Under the pieces are notes generated by a model. It searched no databases. It worked only from the letters and a program-made list of their open reading frames with translations, and had not been told where the DNA came from. DNA of 64,000 bases from Octopus sinensis. Taxonomy: Eukaryota. The position numbers and the translations under genes are program-made. Positions 12,038 through 24,523 of the stretch are shown here, piece after piece (the stretch's first letter is position 1; each line of letters opens with the position of its first letter). The stretch is taken from the NCBI RefSeq assembly GCF_006345805.1, contig NC_043019.1:28333360-28397359 (forward strand), written 5' to 3'.

Positions 12038-12240
12038 AAGGGCATATAGGAATGGCGTTAGGAAGGGCATCCAGCTGTAGAAACACTGCCAGATCTGACT
12101 GGCCTGGTGCAGCCTTCGGGCTTGCCAGACCCCAGTTGAACCGTCCAACCCATGCTAGCATGGAAAGCGGACGTTAAACAATGATGATGATGATATATAT
12201 ATATATACTTTATTTAAAGCAGCAGAAAATTCAACAAAAC

Positions 12241-12278
12241 CTGTTACTCTGAGTTTCCCGTTGCCGTTCATCGGACAG
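12241..12278 (-). ncRNA. Minimal hammerhead motif (U4C variant)
   Basis: Minus: ctgt CCGATGA acg gcaa cgg GAAAC tcaga GTA acag; stem I ctgt/acag, GNRA-capped stem II, stem III ACTC/GAGT. Confidence 0.65.
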
Positions 12279-12385
12279 TTTTTGCTAGCAAAAACTGTCC
12301 GATGTTATGGGCGTTACGAGTGTTATGATCGACGAAGTGTTTGCGTCGGCGAACGACTTAGCTGTCCGATGTTTGCTAGCAAAAA

Positions 12386-12423
12386 CTGTCCGATGAACGG
12401 CAACGGGAAACTCAGAATAACAG
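12386..12423 (+). ncRNA. Minimal hammerhead motif (U4C variant, GTA>ATA)
   Basis: ctgt CCGATGA acg gcaa cgg GAAAC tcaga ATA acag. Confidence 0.6.
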
Positions 12424-12526
12424 GTTTTGTTGAATTTTCTGCTGCTTTAAATAAAGCATGTTACTCTACCACTGGTATTTGAGTACTCTTTTTTCCACCT
12501 TGTTTCACATTTGTGTGTTTACTCCG

Positions 12527-12571
<45 letters not shown>

Positions 12572-13070
12572 CGGAATTTGATTTCGTGGAACCGCTTGCA
12601 TATTTCGTCGTCTACGTTGGGAAATGTCAATTGCTTATGAAGAAGGCGTTTACTCCTGTTTCTCCCAGCCTGTAGTTCCTTTCAAATCCCAAATAAAACC
12701 GAACCTAGCTATTGCTTCCAGTTGCATTTGGTTATATATTGACAATGTATATATACCTGTAGCTACATTACACCTCCGACTACTCATAGAAATATATTCT
12801 TCTGCTCACTCCACTTAACTGGCCTTTGATCCAAAGCAATGGGTTTTCAACCTTTAATATCCAGGCCAGATCCCAGACCTGGATTTCTTTTTAGGAGACT
12901 ACACCATAAAAAAGTAAAACATAAGTCTAAAGAAAAATTTATTATATTCATAGAGGGAAGACTGTTGATGGCTGCTGGAAGGATGCTTGAGGGCCATATG
13001 CAACCCTGGGCGCCATGGTTTCACTAGATATTCACTCATATCTGGAGAGCACACTGTTATACTTTAAATC

Positions 13071-13459
13071 GTGGAGGCGCAATGGCTCAGTGGTTAGGGC
13101 AGCGGACTCGCGGTCATAGGATCACGGTTTTGATTCCCAGACTGGGCGTTGTGAGTGTTTATTGAGCGAAAACACCTAAACGCTCCACAAGGCTCCGGCA
13201 GGAGATGGTGGTGATCCCTGCTGTACTCTTTCATCACAACTTTCTCTCGCTCTTACTTCCTGTTTCTGTTGTACCTGTATTTCAAGGGGCCAGCCTTGTC
13301 ACTCTCTGTGTCACGCTGAATATCCCCGAGAACTATGTTAAGGGTGTACATGTCTGTGGAGTGCTCAGCCACTTACACGTTAATTTCACGAGCAGGTTGT
13401 TCCGTTGATTCGGATCAACCAGAACCCTCATCGTCGTTACCGACGGAGTGCTTCCCTCC
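13071..13459 (+). mobile_element. tRNA-derived SINE family B, full length
   Basis: A/B-box-like head gtggaggcgcaatggctcagtggttag...; 11-bp TSD TACTTTAAATC (13060-70 and 13460-70). Confidence 0.9.
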
Positions 13460-16400
13460 TACTTTAAATCACACCTATCGTTTTTGAAGACTGTCTTTTC
13501 TTTATAAGAACATATCTGTTGAAATGTTTCCTTTACAGTTTGAATGTTCCTTGTAAAACCCAGAAAGATATATCTCCTAACAGTTAAATCAATATTTTAA
13601 TAAAACACTCTCACTATAATTTGAGAAAAACACTAACATTTTGTATATTAGCAACATTAAACCCTGTGCTGCAATATCAATTTTCTTCTTGTCCTTTTCT
13701 ATAAATTCTAATATATGTACATTAATTTTATCATCTTCATTATTTGCATCACAAATTTCTACTGTGAAGTACTTTTACTGTACTTATGATCTGTTGTATT
13801 TCACTGCTTCTGATTTCATATTATTATCTATTACCTCTTTGCTATCTTTTTCTGAATCTTCTTCATGATAGTTACCCTTGCTTAATTTGATTTGTCATAC
13901 ATCATTTCTTTAACTTAATTTAAAACAAAATCATAGTCATTTGTTTACATTGCCCAATTTTATCTACTCCTAAAATATCTATTGAGGATGATGAATATAT
14001 AAATTTCTCATTAACAACATTGCTTGCCACTTCTAAATTTATAGACACAGTTCTATATACTGTATTTTCTGGCATACAAGTCAACATAGTATATAGTGTA
14101 AATATACAAACATTGTCACTCTCTTTCCAAATCCTGTAGCATTTCACTTGAAAATTTTGGTCTTGCCAAGCTGTTTTGGTGTATAAGTCAACCTACTTTT
14201 TGGGGTTGTAAATTTTGGTTGGAAAAATTCAACTTGAATGCCAGACAATATAAGTATAATTAAATGCCTCTGTAATCTACTAACATTATTAACTCTTAGT
14301 AAATATATTTCACCTTCATCTTGAGTATTGAACTTATATTATAATTCCTCTCTTAAAAGCCATTAACTTTATTTTATAACCATTACTATATAATGACATA
14401 ACTTTAATATCTGCATAATTATTGACTTCAGCTTGATATCTTTTTAATTCTACTCACAGGGTGCTGATGTAAGAAGTCTGGTAGTACTACTATTAGCTAT
14501 TTCATTTTCTGTTCATTTTGTATTAATCTTTGCTTTTTACATCTTACCTTTAACATACCATAACCGAAGCATTTACTAATCTTGATTTATAACACCACAA
14601 TATTTCTTTCAAAACATTAAATGTATAAACAGGAACAAAAGGTCTAAACTGTAATTATATCATCAATTTCCTTCAATTCCTTCACTGTACTCATTCATAC
14701 ATTTTTGTATGGCATATATTTAAAAAAATCTTTTAGCTCAACACCAATCGGCATCATTTAACTTTCACTTTTCCATGCTTGCATGGGTTGGACGAATTTA
14801 AGCCAGATTTCTGCCCTTCCTATTTCCAATTCTCATCTGTTTCTTAGCAAGGTAACACTCTCAATGACCAGATAAGTTTTCACAGAAGATTGGAACAACA
14901 GAATATGCTTGAAAATAGGAGAGAACCAGCAACTGGAAGAGCATCCAGCTGTAGATTCACCAAATTTCATGTGTCCATGCAAGCATGAAAATAGAAATGA
15001 ATTTTTGAAATGAGGATAATGATGTGTGTGTGTTTGTGTGTGTGCATGCATGCATGCACTCGTGATGCCTGTTTCTGTACCTCCATCATACTTTAAACTC
15101 TCATCGCTTGGCACAAAGTCATCTTCCTCAATGCTATTCTCTCCACCATCAGTTGATGGCTTTTGTCTTGCAAGTTACTTGGTGATCTCACTGGTGCTGG
15201 TATCATGTAAAAAGCACTCAGTACACCTGTTAGTATTAGGAAGGGCATCCAGCTGTAGAAACCATGGCAAAGCAGTCTTCTGGCTTGCCAGCTCCTATCA
15301 ACCTATGCCAGCATGGAAAACAGATGTTAAATGATGCCAGTGGTGTGTGTGTATGTGTGGAGATGCAATATGGTTGAAAGGCTTATGAAGTTCACTTTGC
15401 AACCACGAGGACCTGAGTTCAGTCTCACTGCATGAGTTGTTGGCCAAATGTCATTTTCTTTAACATCAGGTTGGTTCCTACCTTGTGAGTGAAAGTGGGC
15501 AAACAGAAGCTGTACTGAAGCTCCACAGGTGGACTACACATGGAACTCAAAATGATACAGCCTTGTTGCAACCCATTGTATTGTGTTGAATCTACCTGAG
15601 AATTATGCTACATGTTCCTTGGTCTGTTGAATACTCTCCAACTTACACTTTAATTCAGGAGCAAGTAATTCAGTCAATCAGAAACTGAATACTTACTAAA
15701 CAATGGAGAGCCATCACCACCATTTATGTATATATGTGGTATTATTGCCTCTCTTTTAGAGTTGTTAACAATTGCTGCCAGATTTCTTTTTTTTTTTTTC
15801 ATTTCTGCATCTCAGGCAAATTTCAAATGAAAAAAATTATTTTTTAACATACAGTATTCAGTACATCCTTCCTCAATTGATTTATCTTAATTCTTTGCTT
15901 TGACCCATTTGAATTATTTCCCTTTGCTCACTTTTTAATCATCCTGAAGGTGCATGGCTCAGTGGTTAGTGCATCAGGCTCACAGTCATGAGGTAGTGAG
16001 TTCAATTCCCAGACCAGGCTATGTGTTTGTTCTTGAGCAAGACACTTTATTTCACATTGCTCCATTCACTCAGCTGCAACATCACCGGTGCTAAGCTGTA
16101 TTGGCCTTTCTCTTTCCCTTGGATAACTTCAGTGGAGTGGAGAGGGGGCTGGTATGCACGTGAGTGATGCTGGTCTTCCATAAACAACATTGCCTGGATT
16201 TGTGCCGCAGAGGGGATCTTTTAAGGTACAATCCCATAGTTATTCATGACTGAAGGGAGGTCCTCCTTAGGTGCTGACATGGCTGAGTGGTAAGAATTTA
16301 GCTTCCCAACTACATGGTCTTAGATTCTGTTCCTTGGCCAAGTGTCCTCTACACCGGAAACTGAAAGAAGCCCATCATATATATGTGTGCATTTGTATGT

Positions 16401-18002
16401 GTGTGTTACTGTCTTTTTGCCTTCATGTAATAGTGATAGAATGAACGTCACTGTTATGCAAGCATTGTCCTTCATTTCCTATCTCTCTTGAAAATATTCC
16501 TGGTCATGAGCAAACATTTCCTTGTTTGGAAACATGAAGGTTGATGACAGGAAGGGCATCCAGCTATAGGAAATTCACCTCGACAACCTAAAAGGTTTTT
16601 GTGCAATCATAAAATCTTTAAAACTTACAAGTACTTCCAGCTTGTATCCTACCCCTTCTCTCCATTTTCTTTTACTGCCACACCTACACACACTCTTGGA
16701 CACTCATTATTGCCTCCTAATCCCAACATCAATATTTACTGATACCCACTCAACCAACCATTTTAATGCATTTATTTTAAGCTTTTCCTACTCCTAACAT
16801 ACACCTTATAACCTCATGGCATTCTAGTATTTTTGTATTTTATATTTTTATATTTGTTTACACTTTTGTTTTCTGCTATTGGGCTTATTGTCATCCTCTT
16901 TTGTTTGATTATTTACGTTTTAATTATCCCACCTCCTTATGCTGACCATTTTCCCTGCTCCCTTTATTTTGAGGTCTTGGTTTTCGCTGACCCATATCCC
17001 TTTTATTTTTGAGGTCTTGGGCTACTTCACTTTCATTTTTTCTCTTGTCATGACCCACATTTAGTTAACCCTTTTACTGCAGAAAGTATATCCATTCAAA
17101 ATTTCCCAACCCTTAACTGCGAAAAGCAGCTTTATATACCAATTGATGTCTTATTCAAGAATGTCAAGTTGAAACTATTTTTTGTTGAGTTATGTTGAGT
17201 TTATTGAAGCAGCATGACTCACAGAAAATAGCAATTCTATTTCTTGGTAGATATTTGTCATCATTAATGGAATATCCATGAAATTTATTTTCGTAGTTTA
17301 AGGGTTAAATTATTGGTTATCTGCCCTGTAACCTCTGTCCATCAACCCATTTATTGCCTAAAGGTTCATTTTATTAACAATCAGAATTATATCTGGATGG
17401 GTCATTTTATCCTCTGACCTCCTTATTTGATGACCTTTCAACTCTTTACAATGTTAAAAAGAAGAAATTGTTCTTGTCTTTCTCTCTGTTTTAATTACAT
17501 TAAGAGATTTAAATTTTAAATTACTTTTAAAATGTTTCTTGTATCTTGTAATGAAGCTGAACCATCGTCTTGTAATTATTTTTAACTAAATAATTTTAAT
17601 GCTTTAAATAGTTTTTTTAAATCACCTTTTTTTCCTTTCTTTAAAGATGGCCAACTGCTGTGTATCATCCATTCCCTCTCCTCCTTCCCCCCTCTTCTTT
17701 AATCCTCTCCCACACTCTTTATTCATCTCTTCTTTTGTCCTCCCTCCTCTCTATTGCTCTTTCTTTTTATCTTCCTCACTTTTTCCTATCTAAAAATTTC
17801 TTTTATACTTTGAATTGAATAACTTTATCTTAATTCCTGTAAACAACTCTTAAATTATTTTAATTGTAACTGTTTCATTATATAAAGCATGTTAAATTAA
17901 TGGTCTCCAACCATTTTTTGCAACATGGACCAATTTCCACACATAACAAAACACAATTAAGTGCATAATATATAATTTAATTATTACATATAATAATACA
18001 TA

Positions 18003-18490
18003 TAGTTAGTTAGTTAGTTAGTTAATTTGGCTCAAAAGCAAATAGCAAGGCCATGTAGGGGGACATGGAGTTAAGTACAGGGTGGTGTTCATGTAAAGAG
18101 TTCAGGCCACTTGAGGTCAAGGGAGGCTTTGAACAAAGCGGTCGTCGGCATCTTCACCATCTCGTCTGGCAGCTTGTTCCACGGATCCGCAACCCGGACG
18201 GAGACAGCTCCTCTCCTTCGATTGAGATGAAATCGTTGCAGGTAGAGCTCTGGAGCAGGAGTGAAGAACAGCTCTTTTGAGAGGTTACACTTTCCGCTTA
18301 TGATGTTATGGGCGAGAATGAGATCACCATGGCGGTGGCGTTTTTCTAGAGAATAAAGGTCGAGCGTCCTCAGCCTTTCTTCATAGGGCAAATTTTTGAG
18401 ACCATGAACCATGCGGGTAGCCAGCTTCTGGACTCTTTCGAGATGCTGTATGTCTTTGAGGAGATAAGGAGAAGAGGCTTGAATCCAATG
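18003..18490 (-). mobile_element. CR1-clade LINE 3' end (family 2), nested in a hAT-like MITE
   Basis: SPYLLKDIQHLERVQKLATRMVHGLKNLPYEERLRTLDLYSLEKR...GDLI...VADPWNKLP; (CTAA)n tail. Confidence 0.9.
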
Positions 18491-19179
18491 CAAAACCACT
18501 CTGCAGACTACAGTAGTCAAAATAAAAATAAAATTTTGAAAAATTCTTTCTGTGCAGCCTAGAACCAAATGATCCAAGGCCTGCAGTTGATGCTCGGGAC
18601 TCCTGCTTTAAATGATCTAAATAATTATTTATATGTTTCTTGTACAACTTGAAAAGTATTATTTCAATATTTTCCCCACTATATGGTCAACTGACAACTT
18701 TGTTTATCGTCTCCTACATTCTGTTGCATCCATCTTCTTTTTTTTGTAATCTACACTACCTACTTACACCACCACCCCCAGTGCTTTTCTTCCTTTTCTC
18801 CTCCTTTACCCTTCGCTCTTTCACTCTCCACAGATTTCTTCTCAATTCCTAATGTTATCTTCTAAATAACCTTGCCATATGTTTTTGCATTCTGCATTAG
18901 TCCCCTTGTCTTATCTTCTAGCCATCCTTTCTGACTGTTTATCCTTTGTTCTCTCCCTATAATTTTCCTCCTTTCTTCTTGTTGCCCCAAATGCTTTTCT
19001 AGCATTTACACCATACCCCTGTCACCCCAATTTTCATGTTTTTAGCCTTTCCATTTTCTCTTATTACCAGGTTTTCATTTCCAGCCTCTGTTCCATTCAT
19101 AACTTCATCTCTTTTTTTCCTTGTATTGAGACTCCATCTTGTCTCTCTAAACTAATTATGTGTGTGTATGTGTGTGTAT

Positions 19180-19470
19180 TTATACCCGTGGACATATTTA
19201 CAAAGTAAGAAAACAGCACAGCTCCCATGACTTCAGGAAACATTTTTTCACGCTGAGAGTTGCTGAAGCATGGAACAAACTGCCGGCATTGGTTGTTAGT
19301 TGTCGGAGCACTGCATCCTTCAAAACTTCCATGCTTCCTGAGATTCGCCAGCACTACACTTGATACACACACAAGCATGTTCACTTTCCAGACATTTCTA
19401 CACTACTGCATGTACTTTATATGCACTTTCTGACAAGTTGTGGTGCACCTGAGCACTGTATACAATAATT

Positions 19471-19505
<35 letters not shown>
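19180..19505 (+). mobile_element. CR1-clade LINE 3' end (family 1), third copy
   Basis: Same TRGHIYKVRKQ...AWNKLP sequence and (TTA)n tail. Confidence 0.85.
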
Positions 19506-19511
<6 letters not shown>

Positions 19512-19527
19512 TATAAATATATATATA

Positions 19528-19860
19528 TGGCTGTGTGGTAAGAAGCTTGCTTCCAAACCACATGGTTCCAGGTTCAGTTCCACTGCGTGGCACCTTGCGC
19601 AAGTGTCTTCTTATGAGTGGATATGGTAGACAGAAAATGTGTATGTCTTTGTGCATGTGTTTGTTCCCCCCACCATCACCACTTGACAACCGGTGTTGGT
19701 GCTTTTACTTTCCCATTACTTAGCAGATCAGCAAAAGAGACCAATAGAATAAGTACCAGGCTTAGAAAAAAATTAAGTACTGGGGTCAATTCATTCGACT
19801 AAAATCCTTCAGAGTGGTGCCCCAACATGGCGGCAGTTTAATGATTGAAACAAGCAAAAG
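19528..19860 (+). mobile_element. tRNA-derived SINE family A
   Basis: Head and tail match 10126-10520. Confidence 0.8.
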
Positions 19861-19865
19861 ATATA

Positions 19866-20685
19866 CAGGATTATTCAAAAAGAATGAACCGATTTCATTA
19901 TATATGTGCATGCGAGTGGACAAATGAAAGAAGGCTATATTAAATGCGGGGTTAAACCACAAAAATTTCCTAGTTCTAGATCTACGTAGCCAATTATTGC
20001 TAGAATTAACTTGACTACACTGGATCGTCTCCGAGAATCCACTTTTCCTTAAAGCATTATTGTAATACAGCGCAGCATTTTGAAAAGCCGTATCATCCGA
20101 AGAAATTGGTGATATTCACCTTCCTACATTACTAACTAGGTTAGTAACTCACACACTTTACTTTAATAAGGAAAAGCAAATGAAAACTTCAGTTAAGTCA
20201 CAAGTATTTACTCACAATCAGCTTTTATTTCCTGTATTATAAGTTTTCAATGTGGGCACCACCTGCAGCACAGGCAACATCAAGGCAATAAGAGGACTTC
20301 TCCCAGACACGTATCAGCATATCACAATCCACTGAGCTGATCGCTGTTGTTATTCAATGTTTGTGATTTTTTTTTTTCTTGTGGAGATGTGTAAAAGATC
20401 GCATTGATGTCCCACCACTACCCACTAACCTCGATGACCTTAAACATTGAATAAAAACAGTGATCGACTCAGTGGATCGCGATATGCTGATATGCATCTG
20501 GAAGGAATTCTCTTATCATATTGATGTAGCCTGTGCTGCAGGTGGAGGCCACATTGAATACTTGTAAAACAGGAAATGAAAGTTGATTGTGAGTAAATAC
20601 TTGTGACTTAGCTGGAGTTTTCTATTGCTTTTCCCTATTAAAATATTGCGCTATGAAATCAGTTCATTCTTTTTAAACAACCCTG
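19866..20685 (+). mobile_element. Non-autonomous mariner-family element with an internal inversion
   Basis: TA|CAGGATTATTCAAAAAGAATGAACCG... and ...TCAGTTCATTCTTTTTAAACAACCCTG TIRs; C-terminal ...DVACAAGGGHIEYL. Confidence 0.75.
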
Positions 20686-20704
20686 TCTATTGTCTATGTG
20701 TATA

Positions 20705-21945
20705 CAGGGTGCGTAAGATATTTGAGGATAGATTTATGTTTATCAAAAAACAGGTATATAATAGCAGATAATAACTTTATTTATCAAAAAATGCTATGAA
20801 GATAAAAATAAACCTTCTTTTCTATAATGTTATTCAATAAAGCCACTTTCATCTTCACCAACTGCTTCTATATAAGATCTAAATCATCTACATGCTCGAA
20901 TCAAGTGGTCCTGGTTCATTTTGGACATTACTCTGACTGCGGCAACTTTCAAAGAATCTTTGGTGTTATGGGTGTGTTCATTGACCTCTCTCTCAACAAT
21001 GTTCCACTTGTAATAGTCCAATGGATTGAAATCTGGGGAATTAGGAGGCCAAATATTAGGGGGTTATGTGATCATAAAAATTTTCAGCCATCCATTCCTG
21101 TGTTACTAGAGCCATGTGTGATAGTGCAAAGTCTTACTGAAACACATGTGGCCTTCCATTGAATACACTGTCTATCCAGGGCTTAACAATTGTTTCCAGG
21201 ACCTCAGTGTAGGTGGCAGAGTTAACTCTAAGGCCTTGTGGAAAGAAGTAAGGCATCACATGTCCTTCATTGCTGACAACCCCTAAAATCATGCCAGTTG
21301 CAGGAAATTTTGTATACATAACACTTTGAACTTCAGAAGTCTGCACATAACTATCTGTCATTTCTTCTGTTAACTTTTTGATCTTGGTAGAAGTGTTTTT
21401 CATTTGTGAAAAACCAAATCAAATCCTCTTCTGCTGGATTTTTCAGTTTGTTTAAGAGCCTTTTAGATCTGATATACTTTTCTTTTGCTTTTTCTGACAA
21501 ATTGATCTTTCCTCCTTATATATGATTTATGTCTGATGTCTTTGTGGACAACATTTCTGACTGTTCCTTGTGATACATGGAAATTTTTTGCAATTGACAT
21601 CATGGACTTTCTGGGATTGAACTTGCTGGATAAATTCAAGTGTTCTGATGATTTCAGAGCACTTAGAGTGCTTTTTATGCTTTGATACTGGGGATACATT
21701 TCCATCTTCAGTCTCTAACTCCTTACAAACCTTGTAGACAAAAGATCTGGCAATGTTTAAAAATCGAGATATTTTTAAATCACTATGCTCAGCGTTTCTA
21801 ACCACAATAACAGCATGCCTCTTCATTTCTTGAACAAGCTGAGAGTCTACCATTATTATATTCTGAAACAAAGATTATACTGAGTTAGCAAAAAATGCAG
21901 CAATGACCCCAAAAAGGTATGTCCTCAAATACCTTACACACCATG
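20705..21945 (-). mobile_element. Degenerate near-full-length mariner/maT (DD37D-like) transposon
   Basis: Imperfect ~28-bp TIRs; transposase pieces MKRHAVIV..., GVVSNEGHVMP..., PPNSPDFNPLDY. Confidence 0.8.
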
Positions 21946-21953
21946 TGTGTGAT

Positions 21954-21996
<43 letters not shown>

Positions 21997-22244
21997 TTGT
22001 GTGTGTCTTTGTGTTAGTTCCCAACCACCACTTCATAACTGGTGTTGGTCTGTTTTAATCCTTGAAACAAGCAGTTTTTGGCAAAAGTGATCAATGGAAT
22101 AATTACCAGGCTTAAAAAGAAGGTTCTACAGTCAGTTCATTTGACTAAAATTCTTGAAAGTGGTGCTCTAGAATGGCTGCAGTTCAATAACTGAAGCAAT
22201 TAAAAGATAAACAGCATACACAAACACACACATATACATAGGCA

Positions 22245-22585
22245 TAGGAGTGGCTGTGTGGTAAGTAGCTTGCTTACGAACCACATGGTTCCGGGTCAAC
22301 CAAAGCCTTGTGAGTGGATTTGGTAGACGGAAACTGAAAGAAGCCCGTTGTATATATATATATATATACATGTATATGTTTGTGTGTCTGTGTTTGTCCC
22401 CCTAACATTGCTTGACAACCGATGGTGTGTTTACTTCCCTGTAACTTAGCGATTCAGCAAAGAGACCGATAGAATAAGTACTAGGCTTACAAAAGAATAA
22501 GTCCTGAGATCAATTTGTTCGACTAAAAGGCGGTGCTCCAGCATGGCCACAGTCAAATGACTGAAACAAGTAAAAGAGTAAAGAG
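22245..22585 (+). mobile_element. tRNA-derived SINE family A
   Basis: As above, with a short deletion in the head. Confidence 0.8.
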
Positions 22586-23104
22586 TATACACACATGTAT
22601 GCAAGCTTCTTGTGGGAGGCTGGTAATGGCAGAGTGGTTAAAAATAAAGGTGGATAGTAGGAGGTTTATAGTATAATTACCTCTGTTAGCAACATAGTTT
22701 CTCCTTTCATAGGAGAATCGGATTGTATATCATTGAAAATATGAATAAATCTGGAGGACTTTGCATTGATTGAAGTGTTAATTATAATTTTGGATGTGCA
22801 ATGGAGTCATGGGGGGGGGAAAGGAAGTGAAAACGACGAGGAAATGTTTGAATATTAAAAATATTGGCAGACTGCATGCAAAAAGAAGGAAAGAAAAAAA
22901 CAAAAAAAAAGAAAAAATCAACAAAAAAGAAAGAGGAAAAAAAAAACGAACCTAAACTGTTATTGACTGGAATTGCAAATGAATGAAGCAATGTGGGTGA
23001 ATGATTGCTGAGATTTGGTGGATGGTTTTCGCAATTTTACCATAAAATAATTTTTCTCTTTGTTAATGTATTTCTATAACTTTATTATTTTATTACATTG
23101 GCAG

Positions 23105-23200
23105 GCAAAATACATAGCAGAATGCCTGGATGAAATAAAACAAGAGCTTCGACAAGATAACATGGCTGTGAAGTCCAATGCTGTAAACAAATTAACATAT
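23105..23200 (+). CDS. AP3D1: AP3D1 coding exon 2
   Basis: gcag|GCA...TAT|gtaagc; AKYIAECLDEIKQELRQDNMAVKSNAVNKLTY; 96 nt, phase 0/0. Confidence 0.97.
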
Positions 23201-23439
23201 GTAAGCATTTGTTTATTTATATACACCATTTCTTATAAATTCTTTATTAGTTTTTGTTTTGTTTTGTTTTGTTTTTACCTGTTTGTAAAACATGAATTTT
23301 CTTCACTTGGTTAATTTTCTTTTTATTTTGCAGGAGAGAGCTAACTTAAAATTGATTTTTAATCTTTTAAAATATTAACCTTTTAACATTCAAACTGGCA
23401 ATATCCAGCCTAAATATTCTGCCATTTTTTATTAAAACT

Positions 23440-23664
23440 TAGTTAGTTAATTTTTTGGCTCAAAAGCAAAAAGCAAGGCCATGTAGGGGGACATGGAGTT
23501 ATGTACAGGGTGGTGTTCATGTAAAGAGTTCAGGCCACTTGAGGTCAAGGGAGACTTTGAACAAAGCGGTCGTCGGCATCTTCACCATCTCGTCTGGCAG
23601 CTTGTTCCATGGATCCGCAACCCAGACGGAGAAAGCTCCTCTCCTTCGATTGAGAGGAAATCGT
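23440..23664 (-). mobile_element. CR1-clade LINE 3' end (family 2), shorter copy nested in a piggyBac-like MITE
   Basis: Near-identical to 18010-18240. Confidence 0.85.
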
Positions 23665-24218
23665 CCAGATCTGGCCTCTTAAACCTATACGATATCAATC
23701 TAAAAACAAGCAATCACATCATGAAAGCCTCTTTGCTTCAAGATAACGCATGATTAACTCAAAATAATGAGAATAAATAAGAATTACATTTGAGAGAGTA
23801 ATCTGGATGGTGAAGGTTAAAAGGCATATCAAAGTGGTTAAGCAGCTCATTTTGCAACTGTGTGATTACAGGTTCAGTCCCACTGCATGGCATCTTGGAC
23901 CAATGTTGTTTACTGTAGCCTGAGCATTTAATTCCTTGTGAGCGAAATTGGTAATTGACAACTGCAGAAGCTCATTACTAGTCATGGCCATTGCCAGTGT
24001 CATGTAAATGGCACCCATGCTGGTGGCACATAAAAAAGTACCCATTACACTCTTGGAGTGGTTGGCATTAGAAAGGGCATCCAACTGTAGAAACCATGCC
24101 AAATCAGACTGGAACCTGGTGCAGCTCTCCATCTTACCAGATTCAGTCAAACTGTTTAACCCATGCCAGCGTGGAAAGCAGACATTAAATGTTTATATAT
24201 ATATATATATATATATAT

Positions 24219-24478
24219 AAAGGGAAAGTTTACGAAAATAAACAAAAGACGAAGGCAGGTGGAGTACACACAAATGTATTAGTATAGTGTCCAGGAATAA
24301 AAAAAGTCTTTTACGTTTCAAGCCTACGCTCTTCAACAGAAAGATACACAGAAAAAAACAAGGAGAGAAAAAAATGTGTGTAGGAGCTAGCGATCTATCA
24401 TGGCGTCCTGACTTCGGACAATGGTCAGACGCGAGAGGGACAGTAGGGGAGATAACAGGGTCAAGTGACTTCCAGTAC

Positions 24479-24480
<2 letters not shown>
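24219..24480 (-). mobile_element. Short TA-embedded repeat with HHR-like motif (relatives ~35750-35950 +, ~40105-40300 -, ~45950-46135 -, ~46205-46365 -)
   Basis: Shared gaagagc...gctcgaaacgt core and caaaagacgaag(g/a)caggtg flank; all abut (TA)n. Confidence 0.55.
24308..24343 (-). ncRNA. Non-canonical hammerhead-like motif
   Basis: Minus: cttt CTGTTGA a gagc gtag gctt GAAAC GTA aaaag; A6 replaced, extra A before stem II, loopless stem III. Confidence 0.4.

Positions 24481-24523
<43 letters not shown>

Larger units (their letters stand above)
12208..12529. mobile_element. Foldback HHR-bearing short element
   Basis: Inverted arms 12208-~12293 and ~12372-12456; the unit 12381-12529 recurs at 29500-29648; TA runs on both sides. 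Confidence 0.65.

Noticed and set aside
13480-14720. AT-rich, strand-asymmetric stretch with semi-open minus-strand frames
   Set aside because: Stops are frequent and no motif is recognisable. Part of it (~14080-14260) is a repeat also present at ~63780-63930, so a coding relic cannot be supported.
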